Below, piece after piece: positions 37,894 to 47,097 of a DNA stretch of 64,000 nt. Position 1 is the first letter of the stretch. The number at the start of each line of letters is the position of its first letter. The position numbers and the translations under genes are program-made. The notes beneath the pieces are model-generated. The model was not told where the DNA came from. It was given only the letters and a program-made list of their open reading frames with translations, and ran no database searches. This DNA comes from an uncultured Desulfobacter sp. (GTDB taxonomy: Bacteria > Desulfobacterota > Desulfobacteria > Desulfobacterales > Desulfobacteraceae): positions 4,704,001 to 4,768,000 of the forward strand of contig OY762069.1 in NCBI GenBank assembly GCA_963665095.1. Reading direction: 5' to 3'.

Positions 37894-39192
37894 TTACTCC
37901 TGGGGCACAAGTTTTAAAAACATCAGCATGCATCCTCCCAGAAGTGCGCCGCCGCCCATGACCATGGCCACGGTGGGCAGGGTGGCATGGGCCTGCAAAA
38001 GAAGGCCCGCCAGAATCGGGGAGAGTACGGCTCCGGCACGCCCGGTGCCGATGACAAACCCGGTACCTGTGGCCCTGACACCGGTGGGGAACGATATTGC
38101 CAGCATGGAATACAACCCGGATATACCGGCGTTTCCAAAAAAGCCGGCAAGCCCGGCCAGTAGTTTGATCTGCCCCATATCCGCAGAGGTCCTTCCAAAA
38201 ACAGCAATAAACACAAATGTCAGCGCAAGAATCGCGATGGTCAGTTTTTTCAGATCAAACCAGTTTGTCAGCCAACCGAAAAGTGCGGCACCAAGGGCGC
38301 CTCCCATACTGACACAGACCAGTGCCTGGCCGGCCAGAGAGGGGTGAAAGCCCATGTCTGCAACGATTTTCGGGGACCACTTCATGACAAAATAGAACGA
38401 GGTCATATGCAGGAAATAGGTCACGGTCAGAATCAGTGTAATATGGATCATTGACCCGGAAAAAATATCGGCAATGGATTGTTTTTCCAGGCTTAAACTG
38501 ATTTTTGGCAGGGATTGTACGGCGTTAAAATTCATCCGGACAAGGGCCTTATTGATTTTTTCAAGTGCATTGGCCGGCTGTTTACGGGCCAGCCAATGAA
38601 CCGATTCCGGAACGAAGAAAAAGACCAGCGGGATCAGCACACCGGTGAGAACCGCACCAAAATAAAAGATAATCCGCCAGTCATGGGTGGATAGCAGATG
38701 AGAGGCCATCATGCCGCCAAATGTGCCGCCCAGAGGATATCCGATCACCATGATGGAGATACACATTCCCCGGCGTTTGATATTGGAAAACTCTGCAACC
38801 ACCGCATTGACACAGGCCAGAATGCCGCCGATCCCCAGACCGATAATCACGCGCCAAATGGATAATTGTACCACATTGGCAGCAGTGGGAACCAGCAGCA
38901 TGCCCCCGGTCATGGAAATGAGGCACAACAAAAGGGTAGGTCTGCGGCCAAACCGGTCTGCAGTACCGCCAAGAATAAACGATCCAATGGCCATGCCGAT
39001 GAGCTCCATGGACATGACCACACCCAAGGCGGCCGGTGTGGTTCCCCACTCTTTGGCAATCCCCGGGGCGGCAAAGCTGATAGACAGTACGTCAAACCCG
39101 TCTATGGCGTTTAACAGGACGGTGATGAATACCACAAAAATCTGCAGCCGGCTCATCCTGCCGTGGTCAATGGCCTCCATTGGGTTTTTCAT
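37894..39192 (-). CDS. Aromatic acid:H+ symporter-type MFS transporter (PcaK/VanK-like)
   Basis: DGFDVLSISFAAP, ADRFGRR, GLGIGG, RATGTG motifs. Confidence 0.88.
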   Translation of the reverse strand: MKNPMEAIDHGRMSRLQIFVVFITVLLNAIDGFDVLSISFAAPGIAKEWGTTPAALGVVMSMELIGMAIGSFILGGTADRFGRRPTLLLCLISMTGGMLLVPTAANVVQLSIWRVIIGLGIGGILACVNAVVAEFSNIKRRGMCISIMVIGYPLGGTFGGMMASHLLSTHDWRIIFYFGAVLTGVLIPLVFFFVPESVHWLARKQPANALEKINKALVRMNFNAVQSLPKISLSLEKQSIADIFSGSMIHITLILTVTYFLHMTSFYFVMKWSPKIVADMGFHPSLAGQALVCVSMGGALGAALFGWLTNWFDLKKLTIAILALTFVFIAVFGRTSADMGQIKLLAGLAGFFGNAGISGLYSMLAISFPTGVRATGTGFVIGTGRAGAVLSPILAGLLLQAHATLPTVAMVMGGGALLGGCMLMFLKLVPQE

Positions 39193-39256
39193 AATATCCT
39201 TTCTGTCTTAACAAAGGGTTAGCGATAAAATTACATCGAAAATTTTGATTCCGGTC

Positions 39257-39296
39257 TTGCAGGCTGCTGAAAGATAACGGCCTCAACAGCCTGCAA
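39257..39296. other. Intra-operon stem-loop
   Basis: ttgcaggctgctga / tcaacagcctgcaa. Confidence 0.55.
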
Positions 39297-39330
39297 AACA
39301 GCGGAAGGTCTTGCTCATCCGGGTTGGGTG

Positions 39331-40569
39331 TTAGAAACTGTATTTCACATAGCTTTGCACTTTCATCATGTCGCCCTCACGTCCGTCCATGACCTCCTGT
39401 TCCATCTGGGTGAATCCCAGGGCGCATTCAACGGAGGTGGTGACTTTCCAGACCAGCATGGTGTGCCAGGCAAAGGCGTTTTTGTTGGCGGTTCCTGAAA
39501 GAACTCCGTTGTCGTAGGCATCTTCGTCATTCTCTGAATATCCGCAGCCAAGGATCCAGTTCAGTTTGTCCGTCAATTTAAAGTTGACGCCGGTGTTGAC
39601 ACTCCAGAATTCTATGGTTTCAATATCTCCGTCATCGTTGATGCCGGCGCCGCTGTTCAGACCCAGCGCTGCATAGCGGCCGATGCCGTCGCCATATGTC
39701 AGTCCCAAAGTAATTTTGTGCCCCTTTCCAAACCCGACATGGGAGGTCAGAGAGCCGGCCCAGGCCATGGTTGATTTGTCGTCCATTTCAAACCGTCTGA
39801 CCAGAACTTTGGGGGATACGTGGAACCAGCTGTTGGCCCAAAAGTATTTAACCACAACATCAGGCATGGTCTCTTCTGTGTTGGTGACTGTATGCTGGAA
39901 CAGGGTGCCGCCCTTGGTGAATCCGCGATCCGGGTTTTCAGCAGATAGGGCCAGATAGTGGCCTTTGTCAAAATTATAGGTCACTCGGACCTGGGGCTGG
40001 CGGACAAATGGCTGGCCCGGGTCTCCGGCCAGATCCATCACAGGCACGGCCCCGGCAAAGTCCATGAATGTGGACCAGCTCTGACCGGCCAGCACATCAT
40101 ACTTTTTTAACTTTAAAACCGCATAGGCATGGCGTAACCGGAACTGACGGCTGTTGGACCAGGTATCCGAGGAGTAGTCGGTATCGGAGTTATAATCACC
40201 TTCAAGACAGGTGGACAAAAGACCGATGTCCGTCTGGGTTTCGGTTTTCATGAAAAGACGGCTTTCCCTGGCTGTCATGGCGAAACGGTCCTCTTCATCA
40301 TAGGGGGCGCTGCCGTCCAGAGGGACACTGTAAGCACTTACTTCATCACCCATGCCATTGGGGATGCTGTCGTTCACTGTACCGTTAATGTCATAATTAG
40401 CAGAGAGTTTAACATACCCCCCAAGATTCACCTTGGTTCCTTTAACATCAAATTCTACAGCAGATGCTGTTCCTGCTGCCAGGCACAACGTCAGAGCCGC
40501 TACAATGCATGCAGCCGGATTTGTAAAAATCATTCCCACCATCCGGTGAGCAGTTTTAAAACAGGTCAT
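39331..40569 (-). CDS. DcaP family outer-membrane porin
   Basis: Signal peptide; LGGYVKL, TARESRL, FRLRHAY, AGQSWSTF, VRQPQVR; terminal YSF. Confidence 0.88.
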   Translation of the reverse strand: MTCFKTAHRMVGMIFTNPAACIVAALTLCLAAGTASAVEFDVKGTKVNLGGYVKLSANYDINGTVNDSIPNGMGDEVSAYSVPLDGSAPYDEEDRFAMTARESRLFMKTETQTDIGLLSTCLEGDYNSDTDYSSDTWSNSRQFRLRHAYAVLKLKKYDVLAGQSWSTFMDFAGAVPVMDLAGDPGQPFVRQPQVRVTYNFDKGHYLALSAENPDRGFTKGGTLFQHTVTNTEETMPDVVVKYFWANSWFHVSPKVLVRRFEMDDKSTMAWAGSLTSHVGFGKGHKITLGLTYGDGIGRYAALGLNSGAGINDDGDIETIEFWSVNTGVNFKLTDKLNWILGCGYSENDEDAYDNGVLSGTANKNAFAWHTMLVWKVTTSVECALGFTQMEQEVMDGREGDMMKVQSYVKYSF

Positions 40570-40634
40570 CTTTTCTCCTCTTCTTTCTTCATTGCATTTG
40601 ATTAATGTGAACTTTCTATCCTCATATTTATTTG

Positions 40635-40685
40635 AACCATGGGGCGGCCAGGCAGACGGCTTCTCCGGGGCGCTGCCCCATGGTT
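40635..40685. other. Intra-operon stem-loop
   Basis: aaccatggggcggc / gctgccccatggtt. Confidence 0.55.
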
Positions 40686-40735
40686 GTCCGGGAAATACGC
40701 ATATCCTGTATAGGTATTTCCTTCAGAGCCGTTGT

Positions 40736-42097
40736 TTAATTTCGTGCGGCTATTTCCTCCTGGATCTGTTTGTGACGTTCGGGGGTAATGCGGTAAAGGA
40801 ATACGGTGATGATCAGGCCCACACCGATGAACAGTGCCGGTACCAGGGCAATACCGTTTTTAATGCCTGAGATCAGTTCCGGTGTCGGGGCCATGTCCGC
40901 CACATAGCCGGCGGAGACCAGGATACCTGTGATAATAACGCTTCTGATGAAAATGGCGGCTTTAATGGGAAAACTGATCAGGGACATAATAAACCCTCGG
41001 GCATTTTTCCCTGTTTTCCATTCGCCATAGTCCACTGTTGCTGAATACATGGCGACCCCGAGGGTGTCAGGCATGCCGTATCCAAGGTAGGCTACAAACA
41101 TAACCACCATGAAGGAGATATGGTTCATGGGGAAAAGCCATACGATGAGAAGGCCTGCGATAAACAGAGACAGGGAGGCAATATATGTGTTGCGCTCCCC
41201 GACTTTTTTGGCGATGGGGCCGGTGGCCATGGCGCCGAAAAAACTGACGACGTTCAGACCCGTGAAAAAGACGGCTATCATGCCCAGGTTGTTGACCACA
41301 TATTTGAAATAGTAAAATGCCAGACCGAAAATAATAAACCGTCCCAGGTAGCGGCCAAGTTCCGCCAGCATCAGGCCGATGAGCGGGGGATTGATGACGA
41401 TCTGCTTGAACATTTCACCAATGCTCATTTTATCTTTGGCGGCAGCCTTGTCGCCGGCTTTGGGATGATATGCATACTCTTTTGTCAGTGAAAAAATAGT
41501 CCAGTAGCAAAATGTCATTAATGCTCCGGATACAATAACGGTAAGCGTGCAGCCAAGGGCCTGGTTGCCGCCGCCTAAAAGCTGGATACATTTTGCCCCC
41601 ACCATGGAAAAGACAATGGAACCCGCCGCATTGAACATGCCTCTGTTGGATGCCATGGAGATTCTCTCCTCCCGAACGGTTGTCAGGGAGTTGTTCATGG
41701 CAACATGGGCGGCATAAAAAATGTTCCAGATCAGATGCGAAAAGGTAAACCCGATGGATATCAGAATGGCGTTCATCATGGGATCGCCGAATTTAAGAAA
41801 CTGGAGGGTAAAGAATAGAACCGCCAGAGGCGGGCCGATGAGCAGCCATGACCGGTAACGCCCCCAGCGCATGCTGCTTTTTTCAATAATGATACCGGCC
41901 GTGGGCACCCAGACAATGTCAATAATGCTTGTGACCATTAGCACAGTACCGGCAATGGTCACGGGAATCTTTGCATAATCGGTCAGAAACGCGGCAAAGA
42001 AAAAGATTTCCATGTTTACTAAAAGCTGAAATCCGAACGACGGCAACCCATACAGGTTGATAACGGATTTTTTCAGACTTTTACCTTGAGCCTCCAT
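40736..42097 (-). CDS. GPH-family (glycoside-pentoside-hexuronide) MFS transporter
   Basis: RWGRYRSW, YYFKYV, VDYGEWKTGK motifs; AGGAGG RBS. Confidence 0.9.
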   Translation of the reverse strand: MEAQGKSLKKSVINLYGLPSFGFQLLVNMEIFFFAAFLTDYAKIPVTIAGTVLMVTSIIDIVWVPTAGIIIEKSSMRWGRYRSWLLIGPPLAVLFFTLQFLKFGDPMMNAILISIGFTFSHLIWNIFYAAHVAMNNSLTTVREERISMASNRGMFNAAGSIVFSMVGAKCIQLLGGGNQALGCTLTVIVSGALMTFCYWTIFSLTKEYAYHPKAGDKAAAKDKMSIGEMFKQIVINPPLIGLMLAELGRYLGRFIIFGLAFYYFKYVVNNLGMIAVFFTGLNVVSFFGAMATGPIAKKVGERNTYIASLSLFIAGLLIVWLFPMNHISFMVVMFVAYLGYGMPDTLGVAMYSATVDYGEWKTGKNARGFIMSLISFPIKAAIFIRSVIITGILVSAGYVADMAPTPELISGIKNGIALVPALFIGVGLIITVFLYRITPERHKQIQEEIAARN

Positions 42098-42198
42098 AAA
42101 ACGTTCCTCCTTACTTTAAGTGGTGGCGGTATATCGAAATACCGTCGGGTAATTGGGTTGTTGAGCATGCTGCACATTGATGATCGTGAAGGCCTAAG

Positions 42199-42215
42199 AG
42201 CAAAACGGATGCCAG
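42199..42215 (-). promoter_or_regulatory. Sigma-54 (-24/-12) promoter of the demethylase operon
   Basis: Minus strand CTGGCATCCGTTTTGCT = GG-N10-GC, about 100 nt upstream of first gene, with AT-rich tract upstream. Confidence 0.8.
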
Positions 42216-42537
42216 AGACATAAAAATTTATAACATACTGAAATATAAGAAAATGTATGTAACTGCTGGGGCCGGGTGGTTATAAAAGAATAATTTGTAT
42301 ATCGTATAATTACGTTATATCGTGACGTTTCCTTCCCCGGCAGGAGAGGTCACCCGGAACCGGTTAGAAATTCAGATCAAGATACCCATTTATGGTCAGT
42401 TGGTTTTAAATGATTTTTTATGGAAGATGCGTCGGAAGAGAAGGGCTTAGAATTTTTTATTGGAAATTAGATGGTTGTATGTGGCCTGCAGGCTCTTTGG
42501 TTCGGCTGACAGTCCTGGCAAAAGCTGCCCTGAACAG

Positions 42538-43092
42538 CTATTGGGCAGCGTCAGGCGGTACATTTTTTTGAATGATTGTTTTTAAGGCAGACAGAGCCTT
42601 TGACGCTTTATTTTTGGAGGGTATGTCCTTATTTGCATTTCTGATCAGCTGCCTTAATTGCTGGCGGTCAATATCAGGACTGCCGGAGAGGATTGATTCA
42701 AAACAAGCGTCATCCCAGGTCAGCAGCTTATCAAGAACGGCCTGACATTCCTCTTCCAACTGGAGATCTGAATCGGCTTTTGGGGTATAGAGACCCACCG
42801 GAGCCGCCTTTAACTGTTCAAGTTTTTCAAGAATAGGGTCGGGATCCACCTGTCTCATCAAGGTGCCGATGTACTGTCTGTGGCGCCTGGCAGCCACGTT
42901 TGATGTGATGGATCTGGCCGCCACCAGTGCTTTGAACAGGTCTGTGTCAAGCTCCAGCAGTTTCAACTGGGTGACGGATAGCTGGCTTAACTCCTCACCT
43001 AACTTCTGGAGCGCAGCGGCCTGTTTTTTTTTCCTGGTTTTGCTCAGGGGCAGGTCGTCGCCGTTGTCTGTATCAGAAGGGTAAAAATTCAT
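42538..43092 (-). CDS. yjgA: Ribosome-associated protein YjgA/DarP (DUF615)
   Basis: SKTRKK...LQKLGEEL, ARRHRQYIGTLMR, DRQQLRQLIRNA motifs. Confidence 0.9.
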   Translation of the reverse strand: MNFYPSDTDNGDDLPLSKTRKKKQAAALQKLGEELSQLSVTQLKLLELDTDLFKALVAARSITSNVAARRHRQYIGTLMRQVDPDPILEKLEQLKAAPVGLYTPKADSDLQLEEECQAVLDKLLTWDDACFESILSGSPDIDRQQLRQLIRNANKDIPSKNKASKALSALKTIIQKNVPPDAAQ

Positions 43093-43158
43093 TTTTTTCT
43101 TCTTTCCTGCTTATATCTTGTGCCTGGCTGCTGTCTGTAATGGATCGCTTTAAAAAAG

Positions 43159-43680
43159 TCAATGGGTGGATTCTGTCTTTATCCGGGTCAGGTAAAATGT
43201 TTCCTGGATAATCAGTGCATCCGAGCTGGCCCTGTGCCGGGTCAGTTCCATGGTGTTGATAATGTTTGCCTTGGTGGCATGCCAGATTTCCATCTGGGGC
43301 TCGGTCAGTATCCGTTCCAGGGGGCTGATGCTGAAGGTCTGGCGGATGCCGGCCTCGGAAAAAAGCCGGGTGACCCAGGGTTTGTCCACGGTCCACCCGT
43401 CAGAATAGACTGTCTGTCCTTCCAGAAGTGTGTTCAGCTCCCGGGCCACATTTTCCAGGGGCTTTCCATACCGGCTCAGCATCTGCCGGGTAATGTGATG
43501 GGTGTCCTGGGCCGCTGCATCCCAGTGGGTCCAGTGTTCACAGGGGATGATCAGGCTGCAGTATCTTTTGTCTTTTTCAAGTGCTACGCCGATCTCAATG
43601 GGATAGGATTCGTAACCAAACCCAGACGCTTCCACATCCACAATAAAAGGCCTCAGCAGGCGGTTGTTGTTTCGTTTCAT
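43159..43680 (-). CDS. DEDD-family 3'-5' exonuclease-like protein
   Basis: DVEASG, YPIEIG, SDGWTVD, HRASSDA; start moved to ATG 43680. Confidence 0.8.
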   Translation of the reverse strand: MKRNNNRLLRPFIVDVEASGFGYESYPIEIGVALEKDKRYCSLIIPCEHWTHWDAAAQDTHHITRQMLSRYGKPLENVARELNTLLEGQTVYSDGWTVDKPWVTRLFSEAGIRQTFSISPLERILTEPQMEIWHATKANIINTMELTRHRASSDALIIQETFYLTRIKTESTH

Positions 43681-43946
43681 ACACAGAGAAATGGTAAAAG
43701 TTGAAAAGAAATTATGTATAAAACTACGCTGTTTTTGGCAAAATGGCAAATTTCTTTTCAGGGTTTCTGCTGTAATTTTCCAATAATCATGCCGGTTACA
43801 GGATCTGTTATGGTGCATTTTTAATCTTATTGTTACTGTTTTCCGGCCAGATTTATTTATATATCCTCGAATAAGTGGCGGACGGCTCCGACAGGGACGC
43901 CTGCCTGCCCATGCCCTAAAGACATTTTCAGAAAAGGAGTTATTCA

Positions 43947-44942
43947 ATGACCTGTCAATCTTCAACGGTTTCCGTGGCAAACGCCATGGCTGCCAGGGAA
44001 ATATTAAAAAATCACCTTAAGCCCTCCCCTCTGCGCCGGTATCCGGGTCTTGACCGGCTGATCGGCGCAAAGGTGTATATCAAACACGAAAACCAGAATC
44101 CCACCGGCACCTTTAAAATCAGGGGCGGCATTACCCTGATGCACCATCTGGCCGCCCGGGGCGTAAAGGGGGCGATTACCTATTCAACGGGTAACCATGG
44201 AACTTCTGTGGGGACCAGCGCACGGATGTTTGATCTGTCTGCCGTGATTGTTGTACCCGAGCATTCAAATCCTCTGAAAGTTCAGAGCATCAAAGATAGC
44301 GGGGCGGACCTGATCGAACATGGAAAGGATTTTGAGGCTGCCGGAGAAAAGGTTTCCCAGCTTGCGGCAGAGCAGGGCCTTTACTTTGTTCATCCGGCCA
44401 ATGAACCCCACCTGGTGAATGGCGTGGCCACTGAATTTCTGGAAATTATAGAAGCGCTGCCGGACCTGGACACCATCATTATTCCCATCGGGGCCGGCAG
44501 TGAGGCGGCCGCCGCCATCACTGTTTTCAAAGCCATCCGGCCGGATGTTGAAATTATTGCGGTTCAGGCAGAAGCTGCCAGCGCGGCCTGGCAAAGCTGG
44601 AAGGAAAAACAGATTCTCACAGCTCCCAATACCACCTTTGCCGGAGGCGTGGCCACGGGAACGGCGTATGAATTGCCGTTCTCCCTGTATAAAGACGGTC
44701 TATCCGATTTTATCCTGCTCTCTGAAAATGAGCTTTACCAGGGAATCGCCCTGACGGCCCATCATACCCGGAATCTGGTGGAAGGCGCCGGCGGATCCTG
44801 TCTGCGGGCTGCGGTAAAAATCCGGGAGCATCTTCGGGGAAAAACCGTGGCTGTCCAGATGAGCGGGGCAAATGCATCCGCGGATGAAGTGCGAAAGGCC
44901 ATGTCTCTGGCCTGCTTTGAGACCGGCGTTATTGAGAAGTGA
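43947..44942 (+). CDS. PLP-dependent threonine/serine dehydratase family protein
   Basis: KHENQNPTGTFKIRG, STGNHG, VEGAG, SGAN motifs; AAGGAG RBS. Confidence 0.92.
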   Translation: MTCQSSTVSVANAMAAREILKNHLKPSPLRRYPGLDRLIGAKVYIKHENQNPTGTFKIRGGITLMHHLAARGVKGAITYSTGNHGTSVGTSARMFDLSAVIVVPEHSNPLKVQSIKDSGADLIEHGKDFEAAGEKVSQLAAEQGLYFVHPANEPHLVNGVATEFLEIIEALPDLDTIIIPIGAGSEAAAAITVFKAIRPDVEIIAVQAEAASAAWQSWKEKQILTAPNTTFAGGVATGTAYELPFSLYKDGLSDFILLSENELYQGIALTAHHTRNLVEGAGGSCLRAAVKIREHLRGKTVAVQMSGANASADEVRKAMSLACFETGVIEK

Positions 44943-44951
44943 TTGCGGGGC

Positions 44952-44981
44952 TTGACTTGTACTGACCAGTCAGTTTATGGT
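44952..44981 (+). promoter_or_regulatory. Promoter with palindromic operator
   Basis: TTGACT, then ACTGAC-CA-GTCAGT (44961-44974), then TATGGT. Confidence 0.55.
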
Positions 44982-45013
44982 TTGCATAAACCATCTCTTT
45001 TCAGGAGTGAGAT

Positions 45014-46249
45014 ATGCAGACCATGATTTCCGTACGTGTATATGGATACCGTTGGGTTGTACTCGGGGTCTTTGCCCTGATTACTGCTGTTATTGAAGTC
45101 CAGTGGCTGACCTTTGCCCCCATTGCCAGGGAGGCAAGACTCTTTTACGACGTCTCACCTCTGGCCGTGGATTTCCTATCCCTTATCTTTATGGGGGTCT
45201 TTCTCATTGTCTGCATTCCGGCCTCCTGGGTCATTGACTCCTGGGGGTTAAGGCCAGGCCTTATCATCGGGGCGGTCCTCACCGGCGGGTTCAGCCTGAT
45301 GAAAGGGCTGTTTGCCCATAGCTATGCCATGGTGGTTCTGGCCCAGATCGGCCTTGCTGTGGCACAGCCCTTTATCCTTAACGCTGCGACCAAGGTGGCA
45401 GCCCTCTGGTTTCCTTTGAAGGAGAGGGCCATCGCTGTGGGCATTGGCACCCTGGCCCAGTTTGTGGGCATTATCATCGTCATGGTGGCTACGCCTGTGA
45501 TGATCGGACAGGGACCAGACATTGAGCTTTCTTTCATGCTCATGACCTATGGCTGGATATCCGTTGTTTCAGCCATAATTCTGATTATTTTTCTCCGGGA
45601 AAAACCGCCGGTGCCGCCTGAAGCCGAAACATCTGAAATGCCGCCGGATATCAAAGAGAGCGCATCCCATATCCTGTCCCGGCCGGATATGAAGCTGGTT
45701 TTCCCCATGTTTTTCATCGGCCTTGGCATGTTCAACGCTATCTCCACCTGCCTTGACCAGGTCTGCCAGCTCAAGGGCCTGAATGTGGAGCAGACCGGAC
45801 TGATCGGGGGGATTATGCTGGTGGCAGGCATTTTAGGGGCGATTATTCTGCCCCTGCTTTCGGACCGGTACCAGCGCCGGAAGGCCTTTATCGTGCTGGC
45901 CATGGCCGGGATGGCCCCGGGGCTTGCCGGCCTGGTTTTCTTTAATGCTTTTATCCCGGTGCTGGTCTCCTCCTTTGTCATGGGATTTTTTCTTTTAGGG
46001 GCGGGTGCGCCGGTGGGGTTCCAGTACTGCGCGGAAATTACCCGTCCTGCCCCGGAATCCCTGTCCCAGGGCCTGCTTTTGTTCACCGGCCAGATATCAG
46101 GTGTGCTTTTCATCCTGTTCATGAACCTGGCCGGCATCTATTTTTCCATGCTGATTTTTTTAGGCCTGGCTCTCATTAATATCGGGCTGAGCCTGGGTCT
46201 TCGGGAGTCCGCCGTGATTCTCGCTGCCCGGTTGAAAGATAAAATCTGA
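45014..46249 (+). CDS. MFS transporter
   Basis: About 12 TM segments; YGYRWVVL, WFPLKERAIA, LSDRYQRRK motifs. Confidence 0.9.
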   Translation: MQTMISVRVYGYRWVVLGVFALITAVIEVQWLTFAPIAREARLFYDVSPLAVDFLSLIFMGVFLIVCIPASWVIDSWGLRPGLIIGAVLTGGFSLMKGLFAHSYAMVVLAQIGLAVAQPFILNAATKVAALWFPLKERAIAVGIGTLAQFVGIIIVMVATPVMIGQGPDIELSFMLMTYGWISVVSAIILIIFLREKPPVPPEAETSEMPPDIKESASHILSRPDMKLVFPMFFIGLGMFNAISTCLDQVCQLKGLNVEQTGLIGGIMLVAGILGAIILPLLSDRYQRRKAFIVLAMAGMAPGLAGLVFFNAFIPVLVSSFVMGFFLLGAGAPVGFQYCAEITRPAPESLSQGLLLFTGQISGVLFILFMNLAGIYFSMLIFLGLALINIGLSLGLRESAVILAARLKDKI

Positions 46250-46406
46250 CAGTCCATTCTCCGGACCGGTTTCATGGGGAAATTACGTTTCATACCCTGT
46301 TTTTGTTGATTCATCCCATTTCATTAAATACTTCTAATTAATGCGGTTATGATCTCCGTAACGATGACCAAGGAAGTTTTTCCTTAAATTCAGAAGGAGA
46401 TTATAA

Positions 46407-47081
46407 ATGTGTCTGATCGTACTTGAAAATGTTGAAAAGCACTATCATCTGGGGCAGGTCCGGATGACGGCCCTGCAAAATGTCAGCGCAGGGTTTGACA
46501 AAGGGGAGTTTACGGCAGTCTGGGGACCGTCGGGCAGCGGAAAGACAACCCTGCTCAATTTAATCGGTACCATTGACGAGCCCAGTTCCGGAAAAATCTA
46601 TATCAACGGCAAAGACGTATCTGGGATGTCGGATAATGAAAAATCCGATTACCGGAACCGGCAGATCGGATTTGTATTTCAAAACTTCAACCTGATACCG
46701 GTGCTGTCGGCACTGGAAAATGTCATGCTGCCGCTGCAGATCCAGAAGCAGACAAAAGCAACTGCCCGCAAAAAAGCAATGAAACGGCTGGACCAGGTGG
46801 GACTCGGACATTTAGCAGAAAGCCGGCCGGATAAAATGTCCGGAGGTCAGCGCCAGCGGGTGGCCATTGCAAGGGCCCTTGTCACAGACCCGGAAGTGGT
46901 TATTGCCGATGAACCCACCGCCAACCTGGATCTTGCAACCTCCATTCATATCATTGACATCATGCAGACCCTGAATAAGGAAGACGGGGCCACTTTTTTA
47001 TTTTCAACCCATGACCCAAGGCTTTTAGACCGGATGGCCCGCCTGGTTAAATTAGAAGACGGCCATATAGCGGATGCCTAA
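46407..47081 (+). CDS. ABC ATPase (LolD/MacB-like)
   Basis: GPSGSGKT, MSGGQRQRVAIARAL, ADEPTANLD. Confidence 0.95.
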   Translation: MCLIVLENVEKHYHLGQVRMTALQNVSAGFDKGEFTAVWGPSGSGKTTLLNLIGTIDEPSSGKIYINGKDVSGMSDNEKSDYRNRQIGFVFQNFNLIPVLSALENVMLPLQIQKQTKATARKKAMKRLDQVGLGHLAESRPDKMSGGQRQRVAIARALVTDPEVVIADEPTANLDLATSIHIIDIMQTLNKEDGATFLFSTHDPRLLDRMARLVKLEDGHIADA

Positions 47082-47097
47082 ATAAAGGAGTGTTATT

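Noticed and set aside
37208..38347. 379-aa plus-strand ORF and similar long antisense ORFs (6491-7273, 25154-26059, 1928-2731)
   Set aside because: Shadows of well-supported genes on the opposite strand, with no motifs of their own
42216..42537. Cobalamin riboswitch upstream of the corrinoid operon
   Set aside because: No B12-box consensus recognised; the sigma-54 promoter leaves only a short leader
43681..43980. N-terminal extension of the exonuclease ORF
   Set aside because: Runs through an AT-rich divergent promoter region and overlaps the dehydratase gene; ATG 43680 preferred
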